DNA of 64,000 nucleotides from Minutocellus sp. GHC0000111 (GCA_977018835.1 OZ361260.1:124001-188000), one strand, 5' to 3'; numbered from the stretch's first letter, positions 13,283 to 26,098 are shown. Notes: generated by a model not told the origin, from the sequence alone. A program made the numbers and translations.

Positions 13283-16280
13283 CTATTGGATCTTCGGGCT
13301 TCGATTGTAATGTCCTGCGGAAGACGACAGCTCCCTTTTCAACCTCATTAATTCTGACTGCATACCCCGTTTTTCAGCCTCGAGGATTGCGAGCTTGTGG
13401 CGATTGTCTTTCACCTCCTTGACAAGAACCTTCTTTTCTATCTTCCATTGTTTCCCATAGTCTACGACTTCGTCTCTCATCAATTTGATCTGATCTTCGA
13501 GAAATCGCACTTTGCCTTCTTTGCGCATTTCAGTTAGCTCTTTCTTCAGCTGTTCTCGTTCAGCGGAAAGCTTTGCACAATACATCTCTAATTCTCCCAC
13601 CTTATTATCCAGAAATCCAATCACTTCTTGATCGCTGGCAACCTGCTTCGCCGTTCTTTCTGTATCATCAATCTTTGTCGATTTTGACCTCTCGACATCC
13701 CTCAGCTTACTTACGAGAAAGTCTTTCACGCCCTCAATACCTCTCAGCTCAGCCATCCTGTCGCTCTTTTCCCTTGACGAGCTCGTCCTCCAATTGATTG
13801 ATCTTTGTTCTCATTTCGATTATCACAGATAATTCTTGGGGTGATAGTTTCGACGCGATTTTGGAGGCAAGACCCGCTGTCAAGAGAGGAGTGGAACTTT
13901 GGTATTTTGCATCTGAGCCCGCATTTGCTGCTGCATTTGGAGAAGGACGAGTGGCATCGTCCAAAATTTCATTCTGGTCCCTAATAGGCAGGGAGCTACT
14001 AGTAGCGGTGCCGTTGGTGCTGGCATTGCGTTCTCTTTGGAGGTTTCGTTGCCACAATAGATTCGAAACTGCATTGCCGACAGCGCTACCAATAATGTGA
14101 GCACTTTCTTGAGCTTGTCCTGCTAACCCAATCCTCGGCGCCGCTTCACGTGGCTCTATTGGCCGCCCTGGTCCTGCTCCCTCATCTGGACCGGATGGAG
14201 GGGGCGGTACCTTGGCAACAGTTGGAGCAGAAAGATGTCCCTCATGCGTCTCATCCAAATCTTGATTATTCTCGATTCCCGTTCCCTCCTCCTGATTCGA
14301 TGCTTCGCCACCAAGCCCAAAGAGAGTATCGACCCGCGAATACATGAGCACGTTTAGCTCCGCTACGGAAAGTATTTCCTCGGCCTCCAAGAAGGAAAAT
14401 AGAACCATGAGTCCGCGCTCAGGTAGCACTAGCAGTGGCGACAATACTCCTTCCGTTAATGGTTCTTCCTTTACCTCCAGAACCCTAGATTTGCCCTCGA
14501 CATTTTGATGATCCCGCTGCTGATCTTTAACAATCAATGCTCCAAAGTCAGTCGATTTCACACGCTTAGGAGGCTCGCCGACACTGGCACCACCCTCCTT
14601 TGTGTTCGGCATTTGTACCTCCACTATTTCTACTGGCTCTTCTTCTGGCTTAGATCCATTTTTCAATGATAACCAGTCTTCATCGACTTCGGCGTTTTGC
14701 TCTTTCGTCCCTTTTTCCTTCATTTCTTCAATCTCGATGAGAGTTCGATCTTTCAGAGCCGCTGCCAATGCATTATCTCGTTCTGCCTCAACCTTCTTTA
14801 TTTGATCCAATGCACTCGCAAGCTGCCTATTTAGACGCTCGTTTTCTGTCATCTCTTCACCCATCTCAATCTTGTAGGATTCCGCATCAGCAAGTCTGGC
14901 ACCCATCGACATGAGCTCTACAAGCAGATGGTCGCCAAGTGCCTTCCGTCTTTCTTGCTCGGACTGCTCGACAAGTCGCCGCTCAGATAGGATTCTCTGT
15001 GCAGATTGAAGCTGATGCTCCAGACAAGTTACTTCCGAACGATGGCGCAGATCGCTCGCTAGCCAGTGTGCTTGCTCAACACCCGTAATCATGCAGGAGA
15101 GCACACCGGCAACTTCTGCCCGGCGTTGTATTTCATCTGCAGTCTGGCACAAAGCGCGTGCCGGTGAGTCGGCAGATTCGCGGGTAGGAATTGGGTATTT
15201 GTATTTGGGGGGCGTTATGGCTTCTGTCTGTTCAGCTTCGACGACATCGTTTTGGGAAGATGGCATCTTGTGACAGTCACATTTGCAGTGAGAGCGCGTC
15301 AGTGGCAGGTGCTCAGTCCTCGTCGTTTGATCGTTTTCAGTAGGGGTATCTATTATTTCAGAAGACTGATCTGCTTTTGGAGTGGTAGCAATCGTTTTGG
15401 CTTTGATTTCATTGCCGGTCGAGTCTGCACCGGTACTAGTGCTAGATTCTACCGACGACTCATCATTGGCACAAGATACAGCCTCTGGGACGTTTGTTCT
15501 CCCTTCTTGCCCCCCCTCAGCTTTTTCGCTCGATCCGTCATCTCCATTTGTATCATCCTTAGCGATGTTGGTACTGTCATTATTGTCGTCATAATTGTTG
15601 ATGCTGGTGCTTATCGTTCTCAAATCCTCGGTCAAATCTCGTTGGATCTGGTCAACCATGTCGTGTACTTCACTCAAGTCGACATCCGACCCATTGGTCT
15701 GTTCCCCATAATCGGATAACGCTGCCATGGAGCTAGTCCTTCTCGGTATCGGAACTATTGGCGACAGAGCTTCCGCGAATAGAGCGGCAGCCGTCTCATC
15801 ATTGTCATCGTCACCATCGCCCTTATTTGCGACAGTACCTTGCTGCCGAGCGCCTTCTGCATCGCCAACCGCCGGAGTAAGATCCAGAAGAAGTTGGGAG
15901 GGCGATTGGTGCACTGGACGAACCCCTCTCGCCCGATTTCTCGCTCGGCTACTCATCGCTGTCGTACTTATGCGAACTTGACGATCTGCCGGAGTACTCG
16001 AGTTACTGCCCGTCGTTCTTGGCAAAGGAGTGCTCACGTCTCCAGCATCTAGCATTGATGCCATCGGACTATTGCTGTCGCTTTTGCTTGTTCTAGTATT
16101 TCGCCTCCTCCGTCGTGAAGAAGAAGAAGCATCGGATTTCTGCCGTTGGCCATCAGCACCACGACCTCGCGGTCTTTCCCTTGTCACATGTATAATCTCG
16201 TCTGAGGACGTGGAAGGTCGCGGAGAGCCAAAGCCAACCCGGACCAGGACGTCTCTTACGTCTTCCCATGGTGCTGCCAT
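13283..16280 (-). CDS. Hypothetical coiled-coil protein with an F-box-like segment; frameshift near 13760
   Basis: The 843-aa ORF ends where the 157-aa coiled-coil ORF begins (overlap 13749-13756) with no intron signal. LPERGLMVLFSFLEAEEILSVAELN is F-box-like. Confidence 0.65.
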
Positions 16281-16701
16281 ACTGCATTCGTCGGTTCTAT
16301 TGCGAAGCCAATACTCTCACCACTCTCATCTTGACGGGGAAAGGAGAGGAAGGAATGCGAGAACAACCAAACCATCATTGTCGCGTCGAGCGGATCGGCG
16401 CGGCGCGGCACTCCTATCCTCTTTCTTTTCGGTCTGACCGCCACCGTTGGCCGTTTTTCCAGCAACGCCGAAAAAGTCGTTGGCGCTTGGCTTGAGGTTG
16501 AGCATCAACATTATGGGAGGACGGCAGAGTACCAACAAAGAGAAGTATTCGTTTCGCTTCTGGCGTCATTGGTTTGTTTCATTCTGGGCCCAGGAAGCTG
16601 AGTTCAGCTACACTTTATGCTTGGCTGTTCGAACAAAACGAGCATAACGATATCTTTTGGCCATTGGATCTTTCAACCGCCACAATCCACAAAGAAGAGT
16701 C

Positions 16702-19395
16702 ATGTCTCCCACCCCCCATGTTCCCACCAGACCATGGTTCATTCTGCTCCTTTCTAGCATACCCTCGTTATCGGTAGGGGGGCTCGTCCTTCCGATCACA
16801 GTGACCAGGCCTGCGACAAGTCTTGCTGCATCCCGAGTGCCGACCAACGAAATTCTGGGATCGGCTGCTCCCATTCGACCCACCAAGAAGGCCGCCGGCG
16901 TACGTGTCAGTCACCCCAAAAACGACAACTGCGAGGAATTGCCACCCTTTCTCGGCAGTACTATTTCAGCATCATCTCCCGCAATTGTTGATACCGACCC
17001 GGCCGATCGATCACGGAGCATCCGTCGCTTTTCGGCTAAATTGAAGAAGCCGACCCAAGTAGATGACGACACCACCAACGACATATCGTCGACGTTGCTT
17101 CCGTGGAAAAGAAAATCGGCCAAAAAGATCTTGGCCAAAGTTGTGCCAAAGTCAAGGGCCAGTATTGTCAAGGCAGTCGCCATTGCTGCCACAATCACCA
17201 GTCTCTTATCTTTTGGTAGGAAACTCAACACCTTGAACAGTAACGGCTTTGAGCATATTGTCATTAATGATGAGGCTTCGCAGGCTGTATTTATGAGCGA
17301 CGCCGATAGCGACCCCTTTTCAGCGCTTCCCGTAAATGCCAAGGTCCGAGGTGGTACCACACTAGGTACCATTGACGACACGGAGGCTGCAGCATTTGCA
17401 GAGTCTGTTGTACCAGCAAATGAAGTCATCGTTCATGGTACCAACAAGGATGATGTCGTATTCACATCCGGTAGAGGAGGTGGACAGGTATCGGTCACAA
17501 CTGCAACGCACACGGCCACATTCCAGAGCTACGATGAGCTATCACCAACCACAAAGCATACTATTGAGGTTCTATGTAAGGCCGCCGTCATTATTGCCGG
17601 TGTCAGTATTGGAAAGGAGCTATCAAAACCTCGAACTCCAAGGAGAAAGATGACGAGGAAGATGGCCACCAGCTCAAAACCCAAAGCCTCTGAAAAGATG
17701 AAGGCTAACATTCTTGCTCTAGCCTCGACACTAGAGCGTAGTATCAAATCCAATAGGGCCAAGGCTCGTAGGGAGGAGAAGCTGCACCGTTCCCTCCTTG
17801 AGGCACAGTTGCGTTACACGGCGGCCGATAAGACTCGTAAGCGTCTTGATGATATGACGACCCAATTTGCACGTTTGCGCGACGAGCACAATAAGCTCCT
17901 ACAAACCTCCACTGAGAGCAAATCGACGTTGGAGGATGACTTGAGCTCGGCAACGATGAGACTCGCTCTGGCAGAAACGAGCGCAACTGGTCTGAGTCGA
18001 GAACTGAAGCGACTGACAGGGTTGGAAATGATGCTCCGGAAGGAAGTCGAGCAGCTCAAATCAGAACTTGATGCTGCCACCAAAGAAAACAAAGACATTC
18101 AAATCAGCTTGGGTGCCGACCTCAAGGATGCTCAGTGGGAAAACGAATCTCTCAAAAAGGAGATCGAAAAGTTGAAGGAAGAAGTGGACGATCTTCGCAG
18201 CAAGTTGAAGGAGAAGCAATCTGCTGCGACAGTAGAAGAGGTTTCAACTACTTCCGTCGCCGATGAAGCAAAAGTTGTTGAAGTTGAGCCAGCGACTTCT
18301 AGCACAGATTATGTGTATGGTAATCCGTACCTGCCTTTGGATATTGAAGAGAATGATGAATTCAAGAGCGCTTTGCAAGCGATCAAGGCCAAGGGCCCCA
18401 AGTCGGAGAACATGCAACTGCTCGAAACAGCCGGGACAGCCGACGCCGCCACACTGACTCTGACTGGATACAAGGGAGGCGGCCCGACAACAAAACAAGT
18501 CAACCAAGACCGCGCGCTCATTGTTTATCCTTTCCTTGTCGGCGATGAAGAATCATCAACTGAGAGCAATAACCGTCTCATGTGTGTCTTTGACGGCCAC
18601 AATTCTGATGGCGAAATCGTATCTGAATTCGCCACGAGGGCATTGCCTGACATTTTGTCCCGGAAGCTCAAGGACTTGAACAAGCAAGCAAAGGTAGAAA
18701 AGTGGAGCGACGAACAAAATGTGGAAGAAACCAAACAAGTCCTCGCTGATGCCTTCCTGGAGGTCCACAGTTCCGGTAAAACTGAACTTGCCACCAATTC
18801 GGGAGGGTGCACGGCGTCCGTTGTCCTACAGCTGGGAGCCAAAGTCTATGTCGCCAATGCTGGGGACACACAATCGATAGTAGCAACGTACACCGCGGAT
18901 ACCGGAGATATTACAGTTACCTACGTCACACGTGAAGACACGCCGGACCTCGACGATGAAATGGAAAGAATCGAACGTGCCGGGGGGATAGTTCAGTACG
19001 TTGATGGTAGTTCAAGGGTCATTTACTTTGACGAAAACGACGTCGCTCGAGGTGGTTTGGCCATCAGTCGAGCTTTGGGCGATTGGGATCTGAGCGATTA
19101 CGGTGTCATTCCCGACCCTATTGTAGATGTGATTGATCTCAAGGACATTACCGACGGCACGGGCGATGGCAATGTACAGGTATTTGCGGTCGCTGCCAGT
19201 GATGGCTTACTGGAATTCATCGATAGATCGGACTTCCTTTGCCGAACAGTCGAGGGACTCTATGTCCCCGATAAGCCAGATGTTTTTACTGCAATGCAGG
19301 AGATGATCATAGACGCCAAGAAAGGATGGTTTCTGGAGTGTGGAGATGAATACAGAGACGACATCACTATAGCAGCTACGAAATTAATGCTTTGA
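16702..19395 (+). CDS. PP2C/PPM-type phosphatase with N-terminal hydrophobic segments and a coiled coil
   Basis: Motifs NQDR, CVFDGH, VANAGD, GGLAISRALGD, ASDGL, DDIT. N-terminal PWFILLLSSIPSLSVGG is signal-peptide-like. Confidence 0.9.
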   Translation: MSPTPHVPTRPWFILLLSSIPSLSVGGLVLPITVTRPATSLAASRVPTNEILGSAAPIRPTKKAAGVRVSHPKNDNCEELPPFLGSTISASSPAIVDTDPADRSRSIRRFSAKLKKPTQVDDDTTNDISSTLLPWKRKSAKKILAKVVPKSRASIVKAVAIAATITSLLSFGRKLNTLNSNGFEHIVINDEASQAVFMSDADSDPFSALPVNAKVRGGTTLGTIDDTEAAAFAESVVPANEVIVHGTNKDDVVFTSGRGGGQVSVTTATHTATFQSYDELSPTTKHTIEVLCKAAVIIAGVSIGKELSKPRTPRRKMTRKMATSSKPKASEKMKANILALASTLERSIKSNRAKARREEKLHRSLLEAQLRYTAADKTRKRLDDMTTQFARLRDEHNKLLQTSTESKSTLEDDLSSATMRLALAETSATGLSRELKRLTGLEMMLRKEVEQLKSELDAATKENKDIQISLGADLKDAQWENESLKKEIEKLKEEVDDLRSKLKEKQSAATVEEVSTTSVADEAKVVEVEPATSSTDYVYGNPYLPLDIEENDEFKSALQAIKAKGPKSENMQLLETAGTADAATLTLTGYKGGGPTTKQVNQDRALIVYPFLVGDEESSTESNNRLMCVFDGHNSDGEIVSEFATRALPDILSRKLKDLNKQAKVEKWSDEQNVEETKQVLADAFLEVHSSGKTELATNSGGCTASVVLQLGAKVYVANAGDTQSIVATYTADTGDITVTYVTREDTPDLDDEMERIERAGGIVQYVDGSSRVIYFDENDVARGGLAISRALGDWDLSDYGVIPDPIVDVIDLKDITDGTGDGNVQVFAVAASDGLLEFIDRSDFLCRTVEGLYVPDKPDVFTAMQEMIIDAKKGWFLECGDEYRDDITIAATKLML

Positions 19396-19459
19396 GGTGC
19401 GTGCAGGGGTTTGTCTCTACATACATTGAATTTACACAAGCAGAGAACGAGAGCAAAAT

Positions 19460-22179
19460 CTATTCAATCTGCATTTGGGATCCTTTTCTTTCAATTGAAT
19501 GAAAAGTAATGAATAAATTGATAAAAACAAACATTGTCATCAACACTGCATCAAAGAAAAAGTTTCCATCTCTCCACGCCTGCAATGTTGACGCAATGGC
19601 GACCGTTGCAATAAAGTATGCGGATGCTCGTGAGAAAATAAGATTCAACAAGCACTCGACCAAACTATTTGCTCTTTCTCTGCGATCATCTCTCCTTGCT
19701 GCCAATTGAATAGCGTGAAACATGTCATCTTCGTCTGCAAGGTCTATCCTATCATCCTCATACTGAAGACGTAGGGCAATGCGATTTGCAATCATGTGGG
19801 ATATTGCCAGAGTCGTCAGCATCGGGTTGGCACCAGAGGCGGTGGGGAAGGTACTAGCATCGGCCACGTAGAGATCATCACACTCCCAGAGCTCCCCGTC
19901 TTCATCAGCAGCAGATGTGGACGGAGAGGAGCCAAGCCTGCAAGTTCCCATTTGGTGCGCAGAAAATATACTCATCGTGTACTTCGGCATTGATCTAGAC
20001 GTGATGGAATGATTGTACTTCTGGATCGCGGTTTCCCTATCTTCTGACTTCAAGGCCTCCAAATTTAATCCTTCATCATCATTGTGACAAGAACGTAAAT
20101 AGCTTGCCCCAGCTGCTGCGAGAATTGTCATGGCACCACAAAGACTCTGCAGCATGGAGCGTTTGTCTCTATCTTCCAAAACATACGAAATCTTGGGTCT
20201 GCCATCTTTGTCGGGGCGTACTGATCCTTCCGTGTGATCTCGCTGCAAAACGATCACTGTGACAGCATTTTTGGCAACCGCGAGGGTTTCCTTGAACAAA
20301 GACGGAGTGGTCCATGAAAGCCCTGCTCCCATGAGACGGTGTGGCTCGATGGGCACTCCAATCGGGCACCATAACCGTCCTTGTCTGGACCCGGTGTAAA
20401 CTGATTGCATACGGCAGTCATGGGGGCCCCTAACCACCCCAGCACGGACCCATCTAAATGAGCAGGCCTGGTTGGAATGTTTGAATTATCCTTGCGAGTA
20501 AAGGAACGAGATATCATGGACATGACACCGCCATCGTTCGTACCGCCGCTGCCATTCTTTTTTTCATCATCCCGAGGGGACATAAGGCCAATAGCGCAGG
20601 TAACTGGGTGAAGATGTAAATGTCTTCCAATATGACGATTCTTCAAACCACTCTTCAATAGTAAGCAAGGTGTATTCAGCGACCCAGCGGAGCAGATTAC
20701 ACATTTGTTCGCGTTGATCCGAATTGTCCGGCCTCCGACCCGAGCCACAACACCAGTCGCTTTGAGTCTACCACATTTCTTATCCTTTGATTTCAAGATT
20801 TTGGTCACAAAGCAGTCGGGGAGAATTTTAGCGCCAGCTTCGCAGGCATCGGCCAAATAGGTAACCAACCCTGACTGCTTGTTACCGTATCTATCTCCAA
20901 AGCATGTGAAACCAGCTGTCTGAGGTGCAGTGTCTCGATAATTCTGTCCCGTAACTTCATAATCGAATCCAGCTTTTTCACAGCCAGATATCAAGACCTC
21001 GTTCATCCCATTGTGTTGGATCATTGATGGGACAACTTTCCTCTTCGTATCGCCATTGACTCCAGTCCACGAAGGTGACTCTATGACACCAATTCTCTTC
21101 TTGACGGCAGCCATGCTGGCGTCGAATTCTGTCTGTACTCCTCCACCCACAGGCCGAAAGTTCTCGAGGCCATGAGCATCGGCCCACTCCCGTCGAACCT
21201 CATCTGGAGTCTCAATGCAACAACCCCAATTGATTGCGCTCCCGCCACCGAGGCCACTGCCAGCGAGTATCATTACATTGCCATCATCGGTAGTAAGAAG
21301 CGACGACTGCTCGTAAAGCTGATCGAACATATCCGACTCGAGATTGGTCATATCGTACGGCGACACGAAAGGACCTTTCTCCAGGATGATAACCTTGTAG
21401 CCAGCATTGGCAAGAGTCGCTGCTGAAACTCCACCGCCACATCCCGATCCAATAATGACAACATCGTATGTGATGAGCTCATCCGACATGTCATCAACAT
21501 CGAGAATGGCGCCATCCACCTCAAAATCGAACGGCATGCCTCTTCTGATGAGTTCCTCATCACGCTTGGGCGGAATTGTAGCATGAACTGGTCCGCTATA
21601 CGACATGTGTTCCCAATATGGATTCAGCTTCCATGGCTGCGGCGTTGGCGGAGCTCCGTTCTCATCTTCACTGGTCTTGCCATTGTTGGAGTCTACCACA
21701 TAAGAAAATGCCAATCCACAAAGCAACCGCTTCAACCCACAAAATGCCTCCCGATGTTTACCTAGCGGCGAATCTCGCAACCTCTGCAATGCCCAGACCC
21801 TATCGTCCAATGACCAGCTGGCAAAAGCCGTTGCACATGGAGAGCAAAATAGGGCTGCGCACCCAACGGGATTGGACATGGCGCGAAGGAGAAGGAGCAG
21901 GTCGGCCCGAACACCCTGCGGTATCTTTTCGAGAATTGCGGTGCAAACAGCCTCAATGTACGACGGAAAAGTTGCTAAATTGTGCGACCAAAAGCGCTGG
22001 TAGGCCTCGACGGCCTCGGCATTCGTGAGATCCGACGGACGTGCTGGACTGCCGGGAAGGGATGGTTCGGAAGGCGGATCAGTGCTTGGAACAAATGCGT
22101 CGGCAATCGCAACCAGAGTGGACAGCGACTGCGCCGGAAAGCGCTTCGTGTTGGGATACCGATCTGCTTCCGCCGTCAT
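19460..22179 (-). CDS. Long-chain fatty alcohol oxidase (GMC oxidoreductase, FAO type); frameshift near 20337
   Basis: DVVIIGSGCGGG FAD-binding motif, LAGSGLGGGSAINW, GRHLHLHP, SAHQMGTCRLG, DASTFPTASGANPM. The two ORFs join as ..SSHT(G)LMGAG with one added base. C-terminal hydrophobic helices. Confidence 0.9.
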
Positions 22180-22366
22180 GGTTGCTTGGCATAAATGAAT
22201 AATAGTAACGGTTTGATTGACACGCACATCACATGCGGTACATGTATCTTCGAATAGTGTTTCATGAAGCACAATTTAGTGCCTCTGACCAGACGATCGC
22301 CATGCCATGCCGCGCGTGCCTCATCGCCGCATCGCCACACAGTGTGATGTGTGATGTAACGAGACG

Positions 22367-23848
22367 ATGAGGAGATGCCACCGATATGCATCTACCACCA
22401 GGGGTGAGGCCGGGTGCATCCTCTTCCTCTCGCCGTCGTTATGGCCGGAACCATCAAGTTCAGCCGCAGGTGTTCGAACGTCGAGCCTTCTCCAACACTT
22501 TGCCTCGAAGCCATCCCTCTTCACCTCAGTCAGTTATGGCAGTGGAGCCACGAAGCCATCATCCCTGACCGAGTATGCTCACTTACACAGCCTCTCCACC
22601 GATTATGGTATCAAACTTCACGACATACCACCAAATCGAAGCGGTGATATTAAGCAGATTCTCTCAAACGATTTTCAAGACTTGGATGCTGTGGTGTTCG
22701 ACCGCTACTTTGCCGAGGAGGCATATTCCTTTCACTTCCAAAAATTGAAGCCAAAGGCACTGCGAATTTTGGATATGCAAGATTTTCACGCTCTTAGACA
22801 GGCTCGTCAGGAATTATTGGAACATTCTACCAGTACGAATAATGATGGATGGTGGATGGACGACGACTTGATGGATAGGCTGATGGCGTGTATACCAGTG
22901 CATGGGCATGGCAGTACCAGTTGCAGACATACAAAAAAGGGGAAGAAGAAAAGCAAAAATACAAGTGATGCTTTGCTTCGTGAGCTGGCTAGTATTCATC
23001 GATCAGATTTGACGTTGGTATGCTCCAGAGATGAATATGACATCCTCACTAAAGTCTTCCAGATTGACCCCTCCAAACTATGCCTCGCTCCCTTTTTCAG
23101 CGAAGAGAACGACACATCATATGATTCACCCGCCCACCAGTTTGACCAAAGGAGCGATTTTTGTGTGCTTGGAGGTTTGCGCCATCCACCGAATGTTGAC
23201 TCTATCAAGTGGCTCAAGTCTGAGATATGGCCAAAGATTCTAACTCAACTGCCTGATGCAAAGGTGCACATTTGGGGAGCGTACACACCACAGCACATTA
23301 TGCAGCTCAACGATCCTAAAAGAGGCTTCTTAGTGCATGGCAAGCTTGGATCTCTTAATCAAGAGTTGTCGTCTCGCAGAGTACTGCTTGCTCCGCTGAG
23401 ATTCGGCGCTGGCATTAAGGGGAAAATAGTAGATGCATGGGAATATGGCTGTCCTGTTGTGACCACGCCAATCGGTGCCGAAGGCACAACAATGAGCCGA
23501 GAGTGCTTGGGAAGATGCACAGTGCGCAGTGGACAGAGAATGATCGATGACACTGGCTGGGGTGGTCTGGTCGCAACCGACGCTGATGCAATCGCTGCAT
23601 GTGCGATAAAATTGTACAAAGACCAAGGCCTGTGGTATGAGGCAAGAAGTAACTCTCGGCGATTGCTTCGAATGATATTCGACAAAGAAAAGAATCTTTC
23701 GGTAGTAACCCATGCCATTGAAGAGGCCCTACTAAACATCGATGAGCGAAGATACAGAGATAACGTCGGCGCAATGCTTTGGCACCAAAGTATGAGATCA
23801 ACCGAATATTTCAGTCGCTGGATAGAGTTCAAAGAGGAGAACAAATAG
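22367..23848 (+). CDS. GT4-like glycosyltransferase (GT-B fold)
   Basis: WPEPSSSAAGVRT, FDRYFAEE, HPPNVDSIKWL, LAPLRFGAGIKGKIVDAW..PVVTTPIGAEG, C-terminal YFSRWIE; intronless. Confidence 0.85.
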   Translation: MRRCHRYASTTRGEAGCILFLSPSLWPEPSSSAAGVRTSSLLQHFASKPSLFTSVSYGSGATKPSSLTEYAHLHSLSTDYGIKLHDIPPNRSGDIKQILSNDFQDLDAVVFDRYFAEEAYSFHFQKLKPKALRILDMQDFHALRQARQELLEHSTSTNNDGWWMDDDLMDRLMACIPVHGHGSTSCRHTKKGKKKSKNTSDALLRELASIHRSDLTLVCSRDEYDILTKVFQIDPSKLCLAPFFSEENDTSYDSPAHQFDQRSDFCVLGGLRHPPNVDSIKWLKSEIWPKILTQLPDAKVHIWGAYTPQHIMQLNDPKRGFLVHGKLGSLNQELSSRRVLLAPLRFGAGIKGKIVDAWEYGCPVVTTPIGAEGTTMSRECLGRCTVRSGQRMIDDTGWGGLVATDADAIAACAIKLYKDQGLWYEARSNSRRLLRMIFDKEKNLSVVTHAIEEALLNIDERRYRDNVGAMLWHQSMRSTEYFSRWIEFKEENK

Positions 23849-23997
23849 CGTCTACTTATTATACCGTAGTAACTTTACTCTCCGAAAGCACCAGCGCAAA
23901 GCGGCATTCTGCCCAATGACTTGACTTGCACTGGTATCTACCACCACCGACGCCCTCGCTAATCTAAATCTGGACCATCCCACTTCTCCTATATCAA

Positions 23998-24516
23998 CTA
24001 CAGACCAAACATGGCCGCAACCTGCTTGCTAGGGTCGATCGTCTTCTCCTTCTCCTGATCGTGCCCATACTCTCTTCTGGCCTGGAACATGGCCTCCTTG
24101 GTCGGCACACCCTGCTTTCGGAGTTCCTTAAACCGTCTTCGAATGTGCGCATCGACGCTGTTGTCGACCTTGGGCTTCGGCTTAGGCGGTGGCTGCGCTT
24201 GCCTTCGCCCGGCCAGCGCCGCCTCGAGCAGATTGTCCGACGGAACGTCCTTTTGCTTCTTCACCCGACCCGATCGGGCGGCCGCCCTGAGATTCTGCTC
24301 CCGTCGCTTGCATTCGGCCTTGTGCGTCTTGCGATGCGCCAGCTGACATTCCCTGTTGCAGTAGCGAACAGATTTGCACGCCGTGCATATAGCCGAGGCA
24401 GCCTCGCCGCAATTTGCACATATCATTGCCGGCTCCCCCCTCCCCTTCTTCGGGGACCTCCGTGGGGCGGGCGCGGGCGGTCCGCCTCCATCACCAGCGG
24501 CCGCTGCCGAAGCCAT
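23998..24516 (-). CDS. Small MYND zinc-finger protein
   Basis: CANCGEAASAICTACKSVRYCNRECQLAHRKTHKAEC. Confidence 0.85.
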   Translation of the reverse strand: MASAAAAGDGGGPPAPAPRRSPKKGRGEPAMICANCGEAASAICTACKSVRYCNRECQLAHRKTHKAECKRREQNLRAAARSGRVKKQKDVPSDNLLEAALAGRRQAQPPPKPKPKVDNSVDAHIRRRFKELRKQGVPTKEAMFQARREYGHDQEKEKTIDPSKQVAAMFGL

Positions 24517-24755
24517 GTCGGAATAAAATCTATGCTATGAAGGGAATTGGCTGATCAGTTATGCAACGAAACGAACATATATTTATATATGTAATATGAA
24601 AGCGGCAACAGCGCAGTGTACCCAGACCGCACAGCCAACTCGTCGACCATGGCGTATGTGTTCGCCGGCAGGCTACAACAGGTTATGGGCCAATGATGGG
24701 CAACTTCGCCGTGTAGTCGGCATGCTTATTTTCTCGTATCACCACTGCCCCCACC

Positions 24756-26042
24756 ATGACGGACGTCCAGTGCTGCTTTATCGAATCGATCGACAAGCAA
24801 GATGGCCACCAATCCTATCGGAGGGCAATTGCGCCAAAGACGATGGTGCCTGGTCAGGTCATTTCTTGCGAGGAGCCGTTTGCTACTGTGCTGATGCGGA
24901 CGCATGCACACAAGTATTGCGCTCATTGCTTCGTCAAGTTTGCTGACCAAGAAGGCAGACCAGGGAAACGTTGCACCGGTGGATGCGAATTCACCTACTA
25001 CTGCGGCCGGCAGTGCCAACGCGAGCATCATCGGACAATACATAAGCATACCTGCAAGAGATATGCGTCCATCGTTGGACAAGCGACGCAGCAATATGCC
25101 CGGGGATCCTCCGACAGAAATGATGACTTTCCATTTGAGGACTTTATGTTGGCACGGGCTGTCTACATTGTTCTGTGCCAACGCAGTGGGACTTCCGTAA
25201 AAGAGCACAAACTAGATGATATAGTAATCGACGAGATCGTAGTCTTGTGCGAGGGCCCAGCAGATAGCGCGCCGACTAAGGAGGAACGGCTATTGGCCTC
25301 TGCAGTTGTTAACTCGTTTGGATTCGAGGGAGAAGAACGAGCAGAGGCGACTTCATTCTTTACTGGTCTGCTTCTCAAATTCAGACACAACAATTTTGGC
25401 ATACAAAATGAGCTTCAGCAAGTCATTGCTTCCGGTATGTTCCCGAGGGGAGCGATCCTGAACCACAGCTGTGATCCAAATTGCATCATGACTTATGAGG
25501 GATCGAAGCAAATCATCACAACAATATGGCCAGTGGGCGAGGGAGAAGAGCTGTTCCATTCCTATACAGATATGTGCCAACCCACCGCAGTTCGGCAAGA
25601 GAGCTTTTTAAAAACATATGGTTTTCAGTGTGATTGTGGACGTTGCCATGGCATTGGTCAATGGAAGAACATTGAAGCAAAATTGGTCGGAGGTAACGAT
25701 TCACTCAGTATTGAGGATACCAAGGCTATTTCGTTGTCACTGCTCATGGCTCAAAAGATATCATCCGAAAGTTCTGACGAAGAAGATAATTTACAAAGAG
25801 AATACAAAATGCTTCGCAGAGCTCTTGCAATCCAAAGAGAGAAATTGGACAGATTCAACGTGGAGCGATATAATACAGAATGTCTGGCTATGAATGTCGC
25901 TCTTCTGATGGGAAGCGAAGAAGCTCTTGCACATGCTCGAGCTATCGTTGATTTCCTAGCTTTTGTTTGCAACGAGAGGCACCCCCTCCTTCTTCTGCAG
26001 CGCCAGACATTGTCCGAACTGGAGGCAGTCTTCGGCCAATGA
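24756..26042 (+). CDS. SET and MYND domain lysine methyltransferase (SMYD family)
   Basis: Split SET domain with MYND insert (CAHC..CTGGC..YCGRQCQ..H..HKHTC), LNHSCDPNC, GEELFHSY, post-SET FQCDCGRC. Confidence 0.92.
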   Translation: MTDVQCCFIESIDKQDGHQSYRRAIAPKTMVPGQVISCEEPFATVLMRTHAHKYCAHCFVKFADQEGRPGKRCTGGCEFTYYCGRQCQREHHRTIHKHTCKRYASIVGQATQQYARGSSDRNDDFPFEDFMLARAVYIVLCQRSGTSVKEHKLDDIVIDEIVVLCEGPADSAPTKEERLLASAVVNSFGFEGEERAEATSFFTGLLLKFRHNNFGIQNELQQVIASGMFPRGAILNHSCDPNCIMTYEGSKQIITTIWPVGEGEELFHSYTDMCQPTAVRQESFLKTYGFQCDCGRCHGIGQWKNIEAKLVGGNDSLSIEDTKAISLSLLMAQKISSESSDEEDNLQREYKMLRRALAIQREKLDRFNVERYNTECLAMNVALLMGSEEALAHARAIVDFLAFVCNERHPLLLLQRQTLSELEAVFGQ

Positions 26043-26098
26043 TATTGCATGTATGTCTAATGAAAAACTAGCACTTTACTTCCACTTTACTAGAGTAT

